A stretch of DNA of 63,944 nucleotides, filler included, from Octopus bimaculoides (taxonomy: Eukaryota): NCBI RefSeq assembly GCF_001194135.2. It is 7 parts of 7 records of this genome, joined end to end, with 100 filler letters (N's around TTAATTAATTAA, not from the genome) between each part and the next. Parts side by side here need not be neighbours in the genome. Positions count along the whole stretch, not along the records: positions 47,036 to 55,522 come from NC_068995.1; positions 55,623 to 62,838 come from NC_068992.1; 5 more parts are not named here. One strand, written 5' to 3'. The position numbers and the translations under genes are program-made. The notes below the pieces were generated by a model. That model saw only the letters and a list, made by a program, of their open reading frames with translations. It was not told the origin of the DNA and did no database searches. This document shows, piece after piece, positions 48,860 through 62,096 of the stretch; the stretch's first letter is position 1; each line of letters opens with the position of its first letter.

Positions 48860-49255
48860 CTCCTTGGGGAACTTTATCAAAAGGAAGATAAGGATGGAAG
48901 TCCTATCCCATGGTGCTCAGCTGTGACCAGGCTTCACAGATGTAAGCCACCAAGATCACCAGAGTCAGGTTTGAAAAGCGTTTTTGTACTGCAAGTTAGC
49001 GAGAAAATCAGGCAAAGATGGCTGCGACTATCTGGTCACTACGTGCGCCACCCTGCACTGGAAGCATCCATATTAGTCTTGTTGAACCCACTTCGTGGTG
49101 ATGTAAGAGGAGGAAAACATCGCACTAACATCGACAACTTGATTGCAGACGTTGGTCTGGAATGTATCCAGGACCTCGAGATAGTGATGATGGGCCGAGG
49201 AGTGTGTCGGGTGAATTTCGTTGCTGTGGCCCAGGATGGAACCCGACCATAATAA
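48860..49255 (+). mobile_element. RTE-clade LINE 3' fragment
   Basis: VSEKIRQRWLRLSGHYVRHPALEASILVLLNPLRGDVRGGKHRTNIDNLIADVGL...MMGRGVCR, then a taataat tail. Confidence 0.85.
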
Positions 49256-50718
49256 TATTTGTACAAGAAGCCAAAGCATACGGCACACCTGTGGCGTAAT
49301 GGAAAACTGGAAAATATTTCTTTGTCTTCTGAATTGTTATCCCGGCAAAATGGATAACCCAGCACGGGCCTGAACCCAAGGCTGCTGGAAAGTTTGTAGT
49401 GTGCATGCAAGTCACTGAAGAATCCCCGAGGCATGAGAAATAGCAACTAAATCTCACTTAAATAATCACAGCTACTGTCTTCTAAAAAAAAAAAAAAAAG
49501 AAGCAACAACAAAAAAAAAAAGACATGTTGGATAATGTAGTCTTAGATATACTATGTCTGCAACAACAGCAACAATAAAAACAACAAAGATGTCAATCGA
49601 AAGCCAATGGTCAAAGCTCAAACATCTTTGATCAGAGGTTGGTTTGTTGATGGCTGACTCGAAGCTAAATAATAATGTACTCGCACCACATATTCTCACA
49701 TACCACACACACGCCTCCATACTAAGCTCACAAGACTAGTTGATATGGACACGGACATACACATACACACACGTGTGTATGTATATATATATATATATAC
49801 GTGCATACACATCCCCTACAGTTATACTTATATAGTTTTAAGAATCAGAACTTAATGGTCAAACTAAAATTGCTGCAGGGTTATTCGCGCCAATCCCATC
49901 GCCAACCTGACAATATATAAATAAATACATACATACATACATAAATAGTACTTTTAGTTTCTATAGAAGTCTTGGTAAAAGCCTACATCTGTCATCGTCG
50001 TCGTCGTCATCTCTTGAGTACTATAATATACTAGACTAGATAATGATGCCGCTTCGTTGTTGTTGTGTTGTTGATGTTGTTTGTGTTATTTATTTCGCTT
50101 TTCCTTTGGTTCCACTAAGTATTTCAAATATATGTTGAGGTGTTTTTTTTTCTCTTTGTGTGACAAGTACTAGAGAAACAGAAAAAGAATTCATGCCAAA
50201 AAATATAAAAAAAAGAAAAAAAGAAAACAAAAGAAAAAAAAACAGTCTTTAAACCAATGTATATAGAATCGAATTCTTTGTAAGTTGGAAAGGAAGAAAA
50301 CAAAACGAAAAAACATACAAACAAACCGAACTTTCGTTGGGGGAAATAAAAATAATACAAAAAACCCAAAAAACAAAACATTTCTTTGGAACAAACGAAA
50401 CAAATATTTTACAATACACAAAATTTTATCACAAGAGACAATGTATATTGGAGGTGGTGGGGTGGGTAGAGAAGCCTGGGTAGGATGTATAAAGTGTCTT
50501 TAGAGGGTAAAATCACACACACACAACACTATATATATGAATATTTACAAACACATACACAAAATGTATCTTTGTGTACACTAACACCTTTCCAAGTATA
50601 TATATATGTGTGTGTGTGGGTATATATACACATATACAATATATATTATATATATTGACATTAAAACGATGACATGCATTTATGTATATATATATACTTA
50701 AGTATATGTATATGTATA

Positions 50719-50753
<35 letters not shown>

Positions 50754-51203
50754 ATATATATATATATATATGTATATATTTATGTGTATATGTATATGTA
50801 TATCTATATGTATATATGTATGTATATATATATTTATATATGTATATATATATGTATATATATATTTGTATATATGTATGTATATATATATTTGTATATA
50901 TGTATTTATATATGTATATATATATGTATATATATATTTATATANNNNNNNNNNNNNNNNNNNNNNNNNNNNNNNNNNNNNNNNNNNNNNNNNNNNNNNN
51001 NNNNNNNNNNNNNNNNNNNNNNNNNNNNNNNNNNNNNNNNNNNNATATATATATATATATGTATATATATGCACACACATATATATTGAAGCACTAAAAG
51101 TGTTTTCTTTGTGTTGTGTTGGAAACCACAAGAAAATTAAAAACGAACAAACAACCAAAAAAATCTTGGAATAGTTTCGTAATGTTTAAACTATAATTCT
51201 TAC

Positions 51204-51397
51204 CTCTGTCTTTGGTAATGGTGGTTGGCACCGAATTCTAAGGTAAAATCTTGGCCAGACACTTCCTGTGAATCGGTTTTTTGGTACCAATTGAAAGCAA
51301 TTTCACTTAAATCGATGATGTTTTCGGTAGAAGGATGGCACTTTAAAGACTCATTCCAAGAATTCTGGAATTTTACCACTCGGCAGGGAGAAACCAT
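51204..51397 (-). CDS. Candidate exon (…SWNESLKCHPSTENIIDLSEIAFNWYQKTDSQEVSGQDFTLEFGANHHYQRQR)
   Basis: About 64 open codons ending at a strong ag|gtaaga donor; acceptor ambiguous. Confidence 0.33.
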
Positions 51398-51914
51398 TAT
51401 CCATTGATGTACTCTGTACTTTGTTGTTGTCTTTATTGTTTAGCCCTTGGTTAGCCCTGTTTGAGCATTTCTGTGATCAAGCGCATTACAGCTGTGGCCT
51501 TTGTGTTTTCAAAGCAACATGCATTTGAATTTAGGCGATAATGTCAGAGGAGAAAAGACTCTCATAAAGTTGAAGTAATCACAGAAAATTATTGGTATTT
51601 CGAGGCCTTTATAATAATGACCGTTTCGATGATCTTATCAAAATAATAAAAAAAAAAGCAAAAAGAAAAAAAAATATGTGACGAAGAATTATAAATAGAT
51701 ACAAACAAATTAATTGAAGTTTTAATGGTGAAGTAAGCAGATGCGCAAACTTGGCTTGAATCACATGTCAATATTCGTGTGTGTGTGTGTGTGTGTGAGT
51801 GAGTAAGTGTGTGTGTGTGAGAGAGTGTTGTGTGTGTGTGTACATTTGTGTAGAGGAAAAAACGACACTTTTTAGTATTGGTTGCAGCTCTTTTACATTC
51901 TGATTTCTTTATTA

Positions 51915-52265
51915 CCTACATGGTTCCGGGTTCAGTCCCATTGAGTGGCACCATAGGCAAGTGTCTTCTACTATAGCTTCGGGCCGATCAATGCATTGTG
52001 AGTGGATTTGGTAGACGGAAACTGAAAGAAGCCCGTCGTATATATATGTGTGTCTTTGTGTCTGTGTTTATCCCCCTACCGTTGCTTGACAAACGGTGTC
52101 GGTGTGTTTACGTTCCCCGTAACTTAGCTGTTCGGCAAAAAGATCGATAAAGTACCATGCTTAAAAAGGAAAGTTCTGAGATCGATTCATTCGACTAAAA
52201 GTTCTTGAAGGCTGTGCCCCAGCCTGGCCGCAGTCTAATGACTAAAACAAGTAAAAGATAAGATA
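51915..52265 (+). mobile_element. SINE family A
   Basis: Consensus match including the 3' aggctgtgccccagcctggccgcagtctaatgact. Confidence 0.9.
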
Positions 52266-52345
52266 TATGTCTGTGTCTATATTTATTTATGTATGTATGT
52301 ATGTATTTATGTATATACATATCTACACATACACGTGTGTGTGTA

Positions 52346-52388
<43 letters not shown>

Positions 52389-52729
52389 NNNNNNNNNNNN
52401 NNNNNNNNNNNNNNNNNNNNNNNNNNNNNNNNNNNNNNNNNNNNNNNNNNNNNNNNNNNNNNNNNNNNNNNNNNNNNNNNNNNNNNNNNNNNNNNNNNNN
52501 NNNNNNNNNNNNNNNNNNNNNNNNNNNNNNNNNNNNNNNNNNNNNNNNNNNNNNNNNNNNNNNNNNNNNNNNNNNNNNNNNNNNNNNNNNNNNNNNNNNN
52601 NNNNNNNNNNNNNNNNNNNNNNNNNNNNNNNNNNNNNNNNNNNNNNNNNNNNNNNNNNNNNNNNNNNNNNNNNNNNNNNNNNNNNNNNNNNNNNNNNNNN
52701 NNNNNNCTATGCATACCAACGCATACATC

Positions 52730-52837
52730 TAAAGCAACGTCTTTTTAGGAGTCCTCAAGAAACTATTGTGGATCCCCAGTTTACTATTTTGTTGTTGGAC
52801 CCTCAAGGACCATATGGACCCTAATTGAGAACCATTG
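52730..52837. mobile_element. hAT-type MITE, one end (other end in gap)
   Basis: ggaccc subrepeats ending ttgagaaccattg|gtctaaat; similar to the element at 58832-59000. Confidence 0.55.
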
Positions 52838-54042
52838 GTCTAAATCGTGCAGACATTGACATGATCTTGATGACGACAGTGATGATGTGACGGAAGCAGA
52901 ATTCTCATAACGAGGTGTGATGAAGAAATGTTTTACTCTGGCAAATTTGATTTTATGCTGCAAATATTTGATCTCAGTTCTATTCTTTTTAGTTCTGTAA
53001 TAATACAAGGCTCATTAGCCCTGTTACATTGGGTTAAATTATTCCTCTTACACTGGTTTCTATTAGCCCTGTTATGTAGGGTTATATTTTCCCTGTTACG
53101 CAGTCTGAAAGTGTTAGTGTTTGCTTTTGAGATAATCAATTAACAATGTGTTCGATAAAATCGAATTTTCCAATATTGAATGATTATGAAATCTGCCGCC
53201 CTTCCTGTGATATATGCATTTAGTGTGTGTGTGTACATATATATATATATATTTATATATATATATGTATATATGGAGTTATGTGTGTGTGTGGTAAGGT
53301 AATATAAGTGGTGTTTCTAAAATAAACGAAAGTTTATTATATTTTATGTATGACTGGAAAATGTGCCTCTTACCAACACAGGTCGTTTTGCTTTATTAAA
53401 CATTATGTTTTAGTGCTCTACTCATAAAGATAATGTGTGTGTGTGTGTGTAAGTTGAGAGATTGTGGAAGAGTGCGAGGAGGGAAGGAATAAATTGTGTA
53501 AGCAATTTGTATCAGATATGTTTTAACTTCATACATCAAAAAACATAGCTGGTTGCCAAAAAATATTTTAGCAAAAAAACCTCATCGTGTTTTAGTTGTC
53601 GCTACCGCTGCCACCACTGCTACCACTACTACTACTGCTACTGCTTTATCACTGGGACATAAGGGTGTAAATCTTTTGTGAGGAAGAGATTATAGTTAAT
53701 GAGACCACCCCTCAGTATTTAACTGGTACTGTACTTATTCTTTGTGAACATCGAAATGATGAAAAGCAAAGATGGCTTTAGTAGGATTTGAACAGATAAC
53801 ATAAAGATTTCTAACTTAGCACACAGTGCCACATGCGGAGAGGAGGTTGTGAAACAGGGAAAATGTTTAATAGGTGGAGCACCAATAGTGGATAAGTTTT
53901 TGAACTTTATAGAAACTACAAAGTTGATAAACGGGCAAACTTAACAAGAGTATTAAAACTCAACATAGAGACAAAACTAAATTACTCTAAGGCATTGTCC
54001 TCCGCTCTACCGTTTGTGCCAATGATAATAATGATTATGCTT

Positions 54043-54178
54043 CACTCTCTCTCCTTCTCTCCACTCTCTCTCCTTCTCTCCACTCTCTCTCCTTCTCTCC
54101 ACTCTCTCTCCTTCTCTCCACTCTCTCTCCTTCTCTCCACCTCTCTCTCTCTCTCCTTCTCTCCACTCTCTCTCTCTC
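54043..54178. repeat. 19-bp CT-rich minisatellite (cactctctctccttctctc)n
   Basis: Direct reading. Confidence 0.9.
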
Positions 54179-54799
54179 NNNNNNNNNNNNNNNNNNNNNN
54201 NNNNNNNNNNNNNNNNNNNNNNNNNNNNNNNNNNNNNNNNNNNNNNNNNNNNNNNNNNNNNNNNNNNNNNNNNNNNNNNNNNNNNNNNNNNNNNNNNNNN
54301 NNNNNNNNNNNNNNNNNNNNNNNNNNNNNNNNNNNNNNNNNNNNNNNNNNNNNNNNNNNNNNNNNNNNNNNNNNNNNNNNNNNNNNNNNNNNNNNNNNNN
54401 NNNNNNNNNNNNNNNNNNNNNNNNNNNNNNNNNNNNNNNNNNNNNNNNNNNNNNNNNNNNNNNNNNNNNNNNNNNNNNNNNNNNNNNNNNNNNNNNNNNN
54501 NNNNNNNNNNNNNNNNNNNNNNNNNNNNNNNNNNNNNNNNNNNNNNNNNNNNNNNNNNNNNNNNNNNNNNNNNNNNNNNNNNNNNNNNNNNNNNNNNNNN
54601 NNNNNNNNNNNNNNNNCTTCTCCCTCTTCTATCACCCTTGCTAAGTCAAAATTCACACCGTCTCTAAAGTTGGTTACTTCGCTGAAATGATGTAACAAAC
54701 TTGCTTGTTAGTTTCACCACCTACTCTGAAGATATGAAAGTACAGGATAGAGAACGGGAGAATTGTTCAACAGGAAGCCAAATTTTCGACCCACTGCTT

Positions 54800-55522
54800 C
54801 GGCCAATTATATATAGGAATCAGGATTTCCTCTGGTTCAACCCCAATTTTCGGTTTGCATGTTTCAACCAGGATCGCTGGAAAATTTTTTGCTGCTGTGG
54901 ACAAGTGTTTTCCTAAATCCAATCGGTACCATGCTATTTTTAATCGGGACACCGTGAAGGTATCCTACGCTAACTCTGCTAATTTGGAGCAGCTTATGCA
55001 TCTCATAAACAGTAGGAAAATGCGACAAAGATTCAATAACCCACCTACTGGAGCTAGCGAACATTTACACCTAAATGCCAACCAAGGTGATGTAAATCGC
55101 ATTGATTATCAACTTCGACCAATTTGTAGTAGTAGAAATACTCATGGTACAGCTAGCGCGATAACAACGCCCGTAAATGAAGTCAGGACTGCCTTATATA
55201 CAAATAAAAACGATAAATGCTCATGCAGAGATAAATCAAAATGTCCTTTGATGAATCTCTGTATGAGTACAAATCTTGTATGTAAATGTAACGTGCACAC
55301 AAGGAGATGACCCTATATTTACATTGGGCTGACGGCTGATTCATTTAAGAATCGTTATCGTAATCATGTTGCCAGCTTTAGGCCAATCAGTAAGAGATAT
55401 TCAACATCTTTGGCGGATTTTATATGGGAACTGAAGGAGGCTAATACGAAATACTACATTACTTGGTCCATAGTTTGACATGCAAAACCATACAGTGTAA
55501 TTTCCAGGAGATGCCGTCTCTG
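54800..55522 (+). mobile_element. Penelope-like element: linker and GIY-YIG fragment
   Basis: FLWFNPN, HVSTRIAGKFF..VDKCFPK...IFNRDTVKVSY, CSCRDKSKCPLMNLC, YIYIGLTADSFKNRYRNHVASF, TSLADFIWELKE, AKPYSVISRRCRL. Confidence 0.9.
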
Positions 55523-55669
55523 NNNNNNNNNNNNNNNNNNNNNNNNNNNNNNNNNNNNNNNNNNNNTTAATTAATTAANNNNNNNNNNNNNNNNNNNNNN
55601 NNNNNNNNNNNNNNNNNNNNNNTATATATACAAATATATATATATATGTTCAAATGTATACGTGTATAC

Positions 55670-55812
55670 GTTCTTCATGTGAAGTTCTTGAGGTCCATGC
55701 TCTTAAATTCTTCATCTTGGAATTGGCCCTGGCCCATCCTTGTAGTTGCATTCGCCGCAGAATCGTGGTGCCAACATCTTGCAGGAGAAACTATGGAGAG
55801 CATCGTGTGCCT
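55670..55812 (-). other. Candidate exon of a minus-strand transcript
   Basis: Very strong acceptor tttttttctttcacag|; frames read RHTMLSIVSPARC...DLKNFT* or AHDALHSFSCKMLAPRFCGECNYKDGPGPIPR*. Confidence 0.45.
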
Positions 55813-56039
55813 CTGTGAAAGAAAAAAATGAGAGTACTTAGGAATGGGCAAAACACTATTGCCCGCTGCTGATAAACTGACAGGTTGACAACAACGACAA
55901 CGACAATAACAACAACAACTTCAATAAGAACGACGACAAGGATAATAACAGTAAAGACAATGTTATAACAGTCAAAGTTATTTCGCACGACAGTAAAGGC
56001 TACATGAATTTCGTGTTTTTAATGAAATTGGCCGCTTAC

Positions 56040-56149
56040 GAATAGAAGAGTGAGGCCCTTAGCAAATGAAGACATTAAAGAAGACAGAGATGCGAAGAAA
56101 CCTACGAGCAACGGTACCGAACATTATGAGGGGCCTTCGTAAAGCCAAA
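56040..56149 (-). other. Candidate 110-nt exon of the same transcript
   Basis: ccctttccttctgtag| acceptor and |gtaagc donor; 227-nt GT-AG intron to 55812; all three full-length frames have stops. Confidence 0.45.
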
Positions 56150-57033
56150 TCTACAGAAGGAAAGGGCTTTTTTTAACACTATCATGTGTACGTGCGCGCG
56201 CGCGTGCATGTCTGCACGTAAGCATGTATGTATGTATTTGTAACATACATTATTATTATTGTTTTTATGTTTCATGAACGATAATATTGTATTATCGATT
56301 ATTTTCTACAATAGTACATGTCAGATAGAAATAGTNNNNNNNNNNNNNNNNNNNNNNNNNNNNNNNNNNNNNNNNNNNNNNNNNNNNNNNNNNNNNNNNN
56401 NNNNNNNNNNNNNNNNNNNNNNNNNNNNNNNNNNNNNNNNNNNNNNNNNNNNNNNNNNNNNNNNNNNNNNNNNNNNNNNNNNNNNNNNNNNNNNNNNNNN
56501 NNNNNNNNNNNNNNNNNNNNNNNNNNNNNNNNNNNNNNNNNNNNNNNNNNNNNNNNNNNNNNNNNNNNNNNNNNNNNNNNNNNNNNNNNNNNNNNNNNNN
56601 NNNNNNNNNNNNNNNNNNNNNNNNNNNNNNNNNNNNNNNNNNNNNNNNNNNNNNNNNNNNNNNNNNNNNNNNNNNNNNNNNNNNNNNNNNNNNNNNNNNN
56701 NNNNNNNNNNNNNNNNNNNNNNNNNNNNNNNNNNNNNNNNNNNNNNNNNNNNNNNNNNNNNNNNNNNNNNNNNNNNNNNNNNNNNNNNNNNNNNNNNNNN
56801 NNNNNNNNNNNNNNNNNNNNNNNNNNNNNNNNNNNNNNNNNNNNNNNNNNNNNNNNNNNNNNNNNNNNNNNNNNNNNNNNNNNNNNNNNNNNNNNNNNNN
56901 NNNNNNNNNNNNNNNNNNNNNNNNNNNNNNNNNNNNNNNNNNNNNNNNNNNNNNNNNNNNNNNNNNNNNNNNNNNNNNNNNNNNNNNNNNNNNNNNNNNN
57001 NNNNNNNNNNNNNNNNNNNNNNNNNNNNNNNNN

Positions 57034-57080
<47 letters not shown>

Positions 57081-57724
57081 TAGACAAACAGAGAGAGAGA
57101 AGGTGGCAGACAAACAAGCAGACAAACAGACAGACAGAGAAAAACCTATGCTAACACTAGACAGGTTTTAATTTTCTATTCTGATTTGATCAACGTGAGG
57201 AATCGAGTTGCTGAAGGATACAACTCGGTCCGAGAATCGAACTGGCGATCTTAAAATCGTGAGTCAAACACTCTAATCATAAAGCCGTGGAAGACATACA
57301 TAATTTTTCGTCAACTGTATTTCCTTCACAAATCTTGCGTCAACCCATTAATAAAGTAGCAGACACGTGACCAAGATACAATTCATTGTCATTGATTGAA
57401 CTTGGAACAGCAGTATTTGTGACAGCGAAGTAGAAACACTTCATCTGGCAGCCATGTTTCTTGTTCACGTTTGAAGATTTCATCAATATAACAACCTAAG
57501 CGACATCTACCGAATTAATGACTTTTTTTTTAAAGCTAGTCCTCCTTTTCATACGTTATTTATTGCCTACTTCAAACTTGTCCCTCAGCCAATATTCTAA
57601 CAAATTCTTTCCATGATTTATCCATGCTACTGGCCATACTTTAAATTTCCGCAGAAATTAACTCTTTGCACAGATGACGATTAGGAGTGTTTCGCATCTG
57701 GTAACCTTTTTTCAAGTACAAAAT

Positions 57725-57844
57725 ACAATGTGGTTAAGAAGCTCGCTTTGGAACCACGAGGTTTGGGGTTCAGTCCCACTACGCGACAGCCGACCGATGC
57801 CACGTGAGTGAATTTGGTACACGGAAACTGTGTGGAACACCATC

Positions 57845-57886
<42 letters not shown>

Positions 57887-58120
57887 GTGTCTGTGTGTGT
57901 GTATGTGTGTGCGTCTGTGTGTGTCTGTGTGTGTTGTCCTATATGCAGCTTTACAAGCGGTGTTCGTTTATTTACGTCCCGGTAAACCAGCTATTCGTCA
58001 AAAGAGAAACCAGACATCAAAATAAGTACCGGTGTTGATCTGTTCGACTAAAGCTCTCTATGGCGTTGCTCCAGCGTGGTCGCAGTCCAATAAATGGAAA
58101 ACAAGTAAAAGGTAAAATGT
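57725..58120 (+). mobile_element. SINE family A, diverged
   Basis: gtggttaagaagctcgcttt...ggggttcagtcccact ... ggcgttgctccagcgtggtcgcagtc. Confidence 0.85.
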
Positions 58121-58831
58121 AAATCCAATATAGACTTTGTAATTTGGGTCCAAAGACAGACGTTTATCGGATCTCCTGCGGTGGATTTGAACTAGTCCTC
58201 TGCCGAGAATGTATGTGTTGTCTGGAAGAGACCAAACCACGCCAACAATCTCTACGCTGCGTTTAAGACGAAACAAACATCTCAACCACACAGCCATAGA
58301 ACGAATCCAAGTATATTTACTATAGAACACCTTAACTTATTACTCTTCCGAGCTAATTAAATGAATAATTAATTCGTATAGTTGTCCCACTAACTTATTA
58401 AGATAAACATCAACCTAACAGCAAAAATAACAATGATGAAAACAGAAAAGAACAAAAAGGGATAAAATATGAACTGCTGAAGGTGGTTGTGGTGGTGGTG
58501 GTGGTGGTATTTTTGGTGGTGTTACTGATCTTGAAGATAATCCATTTATTACTGCGGTTGTTTAACCGCAGGTTAGATCTCATTCGAGGAGATAACTCCG
58601 AAAATGATTTTCTAGGCGTGACCATCCCGTCTTTTATTGATGTATCTTGGATTATATCATGTAATGTGTCCTTCATTTTTGAAAATGGCGAAGTGTGCTT
58701 TGGTGACGACTTAGTTATCCTTTCTGATAGATCAAGTTTTCAATCGTACAGAGCCCCTTTCATTAGATCGACGACAAAAATATTGAAGTAAAAAATTCCT
58801 TTTAAGAGGAGGTGGCAGGTAGGATGTAGAG

Positions 58832-59000
58832 CAGGATTTCTCGACCACTTTTTATATGTGAACCCCTTTGATTACTATTAAGAGCTGTATAAAAAAAAGT
58901 TGTTAAAATATTTTGTGTATTAAAGAAGTAGAACTAATCTATTGTATGAATCTCCAGCATTTGGACCCCCAGGACTCATATCAACCCCGGTTGAGAACAG
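58832..59000. mobile_element. hAT-type MITE, degenerate
   Basis: caggatttctcgacc ... ggttgagaac ends with ggaccccc subterminal motifs. Confidence 0.6.
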
Positions 59001-59042
59001 AGAGAGAACATGTAGAGAACATTGAGAACTAATAATGTAGAG

Positions 59043-59577
59043 CAAGGGATCACCAAACTTTTTTTCATGGCGGGCTAGATAACTGAGAGAACGATGAGTG
59101 CAGGCCGAATAACCGTTTTGTTCACTACAATACAGTGAATACACAAAAAATAAAGACAATTAACATATTTATTTCTCCAAAAGTTATCAAAGAAGGTGAT
59201 GTTAGCAATAAGATAGTTATATCACACCCAGTGCCACACATATCCGAATCTCACAAACTAAGCAACAAAAGAGTTTGGTGAAATTTGTGAAACTGGTGTT
59301 TAGCTTTTAAGATATCATCAATATTTGCTTTGGAATTTGCAGCATCCAACCAAGAGAATTGCTTTCAAATGTTTATCAGTCAACCCTGTTTGATGTGCTG
59401 ACTTTACATATTTTGTTTTTGAAATTGTTGGCTCATAGACATAAGTTGCTCCAAACACAGGCAAATGAACTCTCATTGCAGGTACTTACATAAAAGGTAC
59501 AGTGTGGTGGTGGTGGGCTGGATGAACTGACCTCGCTGGCCGGATCTGGCCTGCGGGCCATAGTTTGGTGAACCCTG
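59043..59577 (-). mobile_element. Non-autonomous hAT (Buster/Charlie-like) deletion derivative
   Basis: TIRs caagggatcaccaaact / agtttggtgaaccctg; 8-bp TSD atgtagag/atggagag; transposase tail GLTDKHLKAILLVG...NIDDILKAKHQFHK on the minus strand. Confidence 0.85.
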
Positions 59578-60126
59578 ATGGAGAGGATGAGGAAACCGCT
59601 TCCATAGCCTATAAAGACACTCCAAGACCACTTCAGGTCCAATGTGATCGGTAAATATGGTCTTTTTGAGCAAACACAGGAAAAGGAACTCAATGAGGGT
59701 GGCTATGTTAATGGGGAAAGAGTATGATGCATAGTGCTCATCAGGAATCGGTGAAGCGGGAGGTGTACCATACAAGAAGTCACACAAATAATAGCTGTGA
59801 TTATATGAGAAATGTGATGGTTTGTGACGGTATAAAACGCTAAAGTACTTCGTTATTTTTGTGACCGTGCGAGCGTTAATGCTTCAATATATAACGCTAC
59901 GTCTTCCTCACAGACACGCCCTTACTCTATCTTCTTTCGTATCTCTCTTCTACTCATTCTCTCTGCCAACAAGTCAGTATTCAAGACACGAACATGACAA
60001 CATACCTATTAATATACATATGTAGAAATATTGCCACTAACACAGCTCATATGCCAGTCTCTCTACTGCAGATAATCGATAATGATAACTTGATATCATA
60101 GCGCCTTTTAACAGCTTTCTTTTGCC

Positions 60127-60270
60127 AATTTCTTCTTCTTCTTCTTCTTCTTCTTCTTCTTCTTCTTCTTCTTCTTCTTCTTCTTCTTCTTCTTCTTCTT
60201 TTTCTTCTTCTTCTTCTTCTTCTTCTTCTTCTTCTTCTTCTTCTTCTTCTTCTTCTTCTTCTTCTTCTTT
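60127..60270. repeat. (CTT)n microsatellite
   Basis: Direct reading; source of the poly-R and poly-S ORFs. Confidence 0.95.
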
Positions 60271-60737
60271 CTTTCTTTCTTTCTTTTTTCTTTCTTTCTT
60301 TCTGTCTGTCTGTCTTTCTTTCCCCTCTTATATTATCTGATCTCTTTCTCTTTCTAGCATCGTTTTGTCTTTCTCGGTTTCTATTCATATCTCTCCTCTC
60401 TCTCTATCTCTCTCTCTCTCTTTCTCTCTCCCCCTCTCCCTAATGGTTCTGTCTTTGTTCGGATACATATATACATACATACATACATACATACATACAG
60501 ATATACTCACATATATAAACACGTANNNNNNNNNNNNNNNNNNNNNNNNNNNNNNNNNNNNNNNNNNNNNNNNNNNNNNNNNNNNNNNNNNNNNNNNNNN
60601 NNNNNNNNNNNNNNNNNNNNNNNNNNNNNNNNNNNNNNNNNNNNNNNNNNNNNNNNNNNNNNNNNNNNNNNNNNNNNNNNNNNNNNNNNNNNNNNNNNNN
60701 NNNNNNNNNNNNNNNNNNNNNNNNNNNNNNNNNNNNN

Positions 60738-60771
<34 letters not shown>

Positions 60772-61175
60772 TGCGTGTATGTATGTATATACATGCCTAC
60801 ATGCATACATACATACATACATACATACAGATATACTCACATATATAAACACGTAATCATATGTATGTGTCTCCATGCACATATGTGCATGTTTGCTTAT
60901 GCATAGAAGTATGTATGCATATATGTGTGTATACACACGCACAAATGGTGTGACTATGTATGTGTTTATATTTGAGTAGGTATGCGCGCGCAACCACATC
61001 TTCACTCATAAAAAGGCGGTTCACGGTTTGGTTAAAGAAAGCCCACCACCAACATCTCCACCACCATCCATCACCACCGCCACCATCATAACCACCATCA
61101 TCAGGCACGACATATCAACCAACCACATTGTCGCGATCTGTACATCGCGCCCAGTTTCAGAACCGAATTACTTAC

Positions 61176-61242
61176 CTGCCAATGGAGCTGACCACATGAC
61201 CGGGAGCGGGGGCGGGGTCGACGACGATGACCCAAAATACAT
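61176..61242 (-). other. Candidate GC-rich 5' exon with consensus donor (MYFGSSSSTPPPLPVMWSAPLA)
   Basis: cag|gtaagt donor at 61175-61170; CpG-rich, with GC-box ggggcgggg at 61209-61217. Confidence 0.35.
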
Positions 61243-61250
61243 GTATAAAG

Positions 61251-61308
<58 letters not shown>

Positions 61309-61486
61309 AAGCCTACAGTAATTTTTTCTCTTTTAGCTTCTCTTTCCCATCTCTCGCTTTTATTAGCCATCTATTTATGTATGCATCTACTTGCCTACTT
61401 ATCTAATGATCTATTTACCTGTCTATCTATTTATACGCACACACGCACAAATATATATATGTATACACACACACACACACACACAC

Positions 61487-61534
<48 letters not shown>

Positions 61535-61653
61535 GTATACATAAATTCATTTACCTTGTTAACTAGTCTATCTCTATTCCCGTTGTATATATCAATCTAT
61601 ATCGATTTCGCTTTCTATCTACTTTCGATCTTTCATAGAGTATACTTTATTTT

Positions 61654-61696
<43 letters not shown>

Positions 61697-61743
61697 GTTT
61701 GTCTAGCTATCTATCATATATATATATATCTAGCAATCAATCA

Positions 61744-61802
<59 letters not shown>

Positions 61803-62065
61803 NNNNNNNNNNNNNNNNNNNNNNNNNNNNNNNNNNNNNNNNNNNNNNNNNNNNNNNNNNNNNNNNNNNNNNNNNNNNNNNNNNNNNNNNNNNNNNNNNN
61901 NNNNNNNNNNNNNNNNNNNNNNNNNNNNNNNNNNNNNNNNNNNNNNNNNNNNNNNNNNNNNNNNNNNNNNNNNNNNNNNNNNNNNNNNNNNNNNNNNNNN
62001 NNNNNNNNNNNNNTATATATATATATATATATATATACACAAATATAAACCACATACCACCCCGT

Positions 62066-62096
<31 letters not shown>

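Noticed and set aside
58552-58571. Perfect 8-bp hairpin ctgcggtt-gttt-aaccgcag as a Helitron 3' end or terminator
   Set aside because: No CTRR end at the expected distance on either strand; single short hairpins are common.
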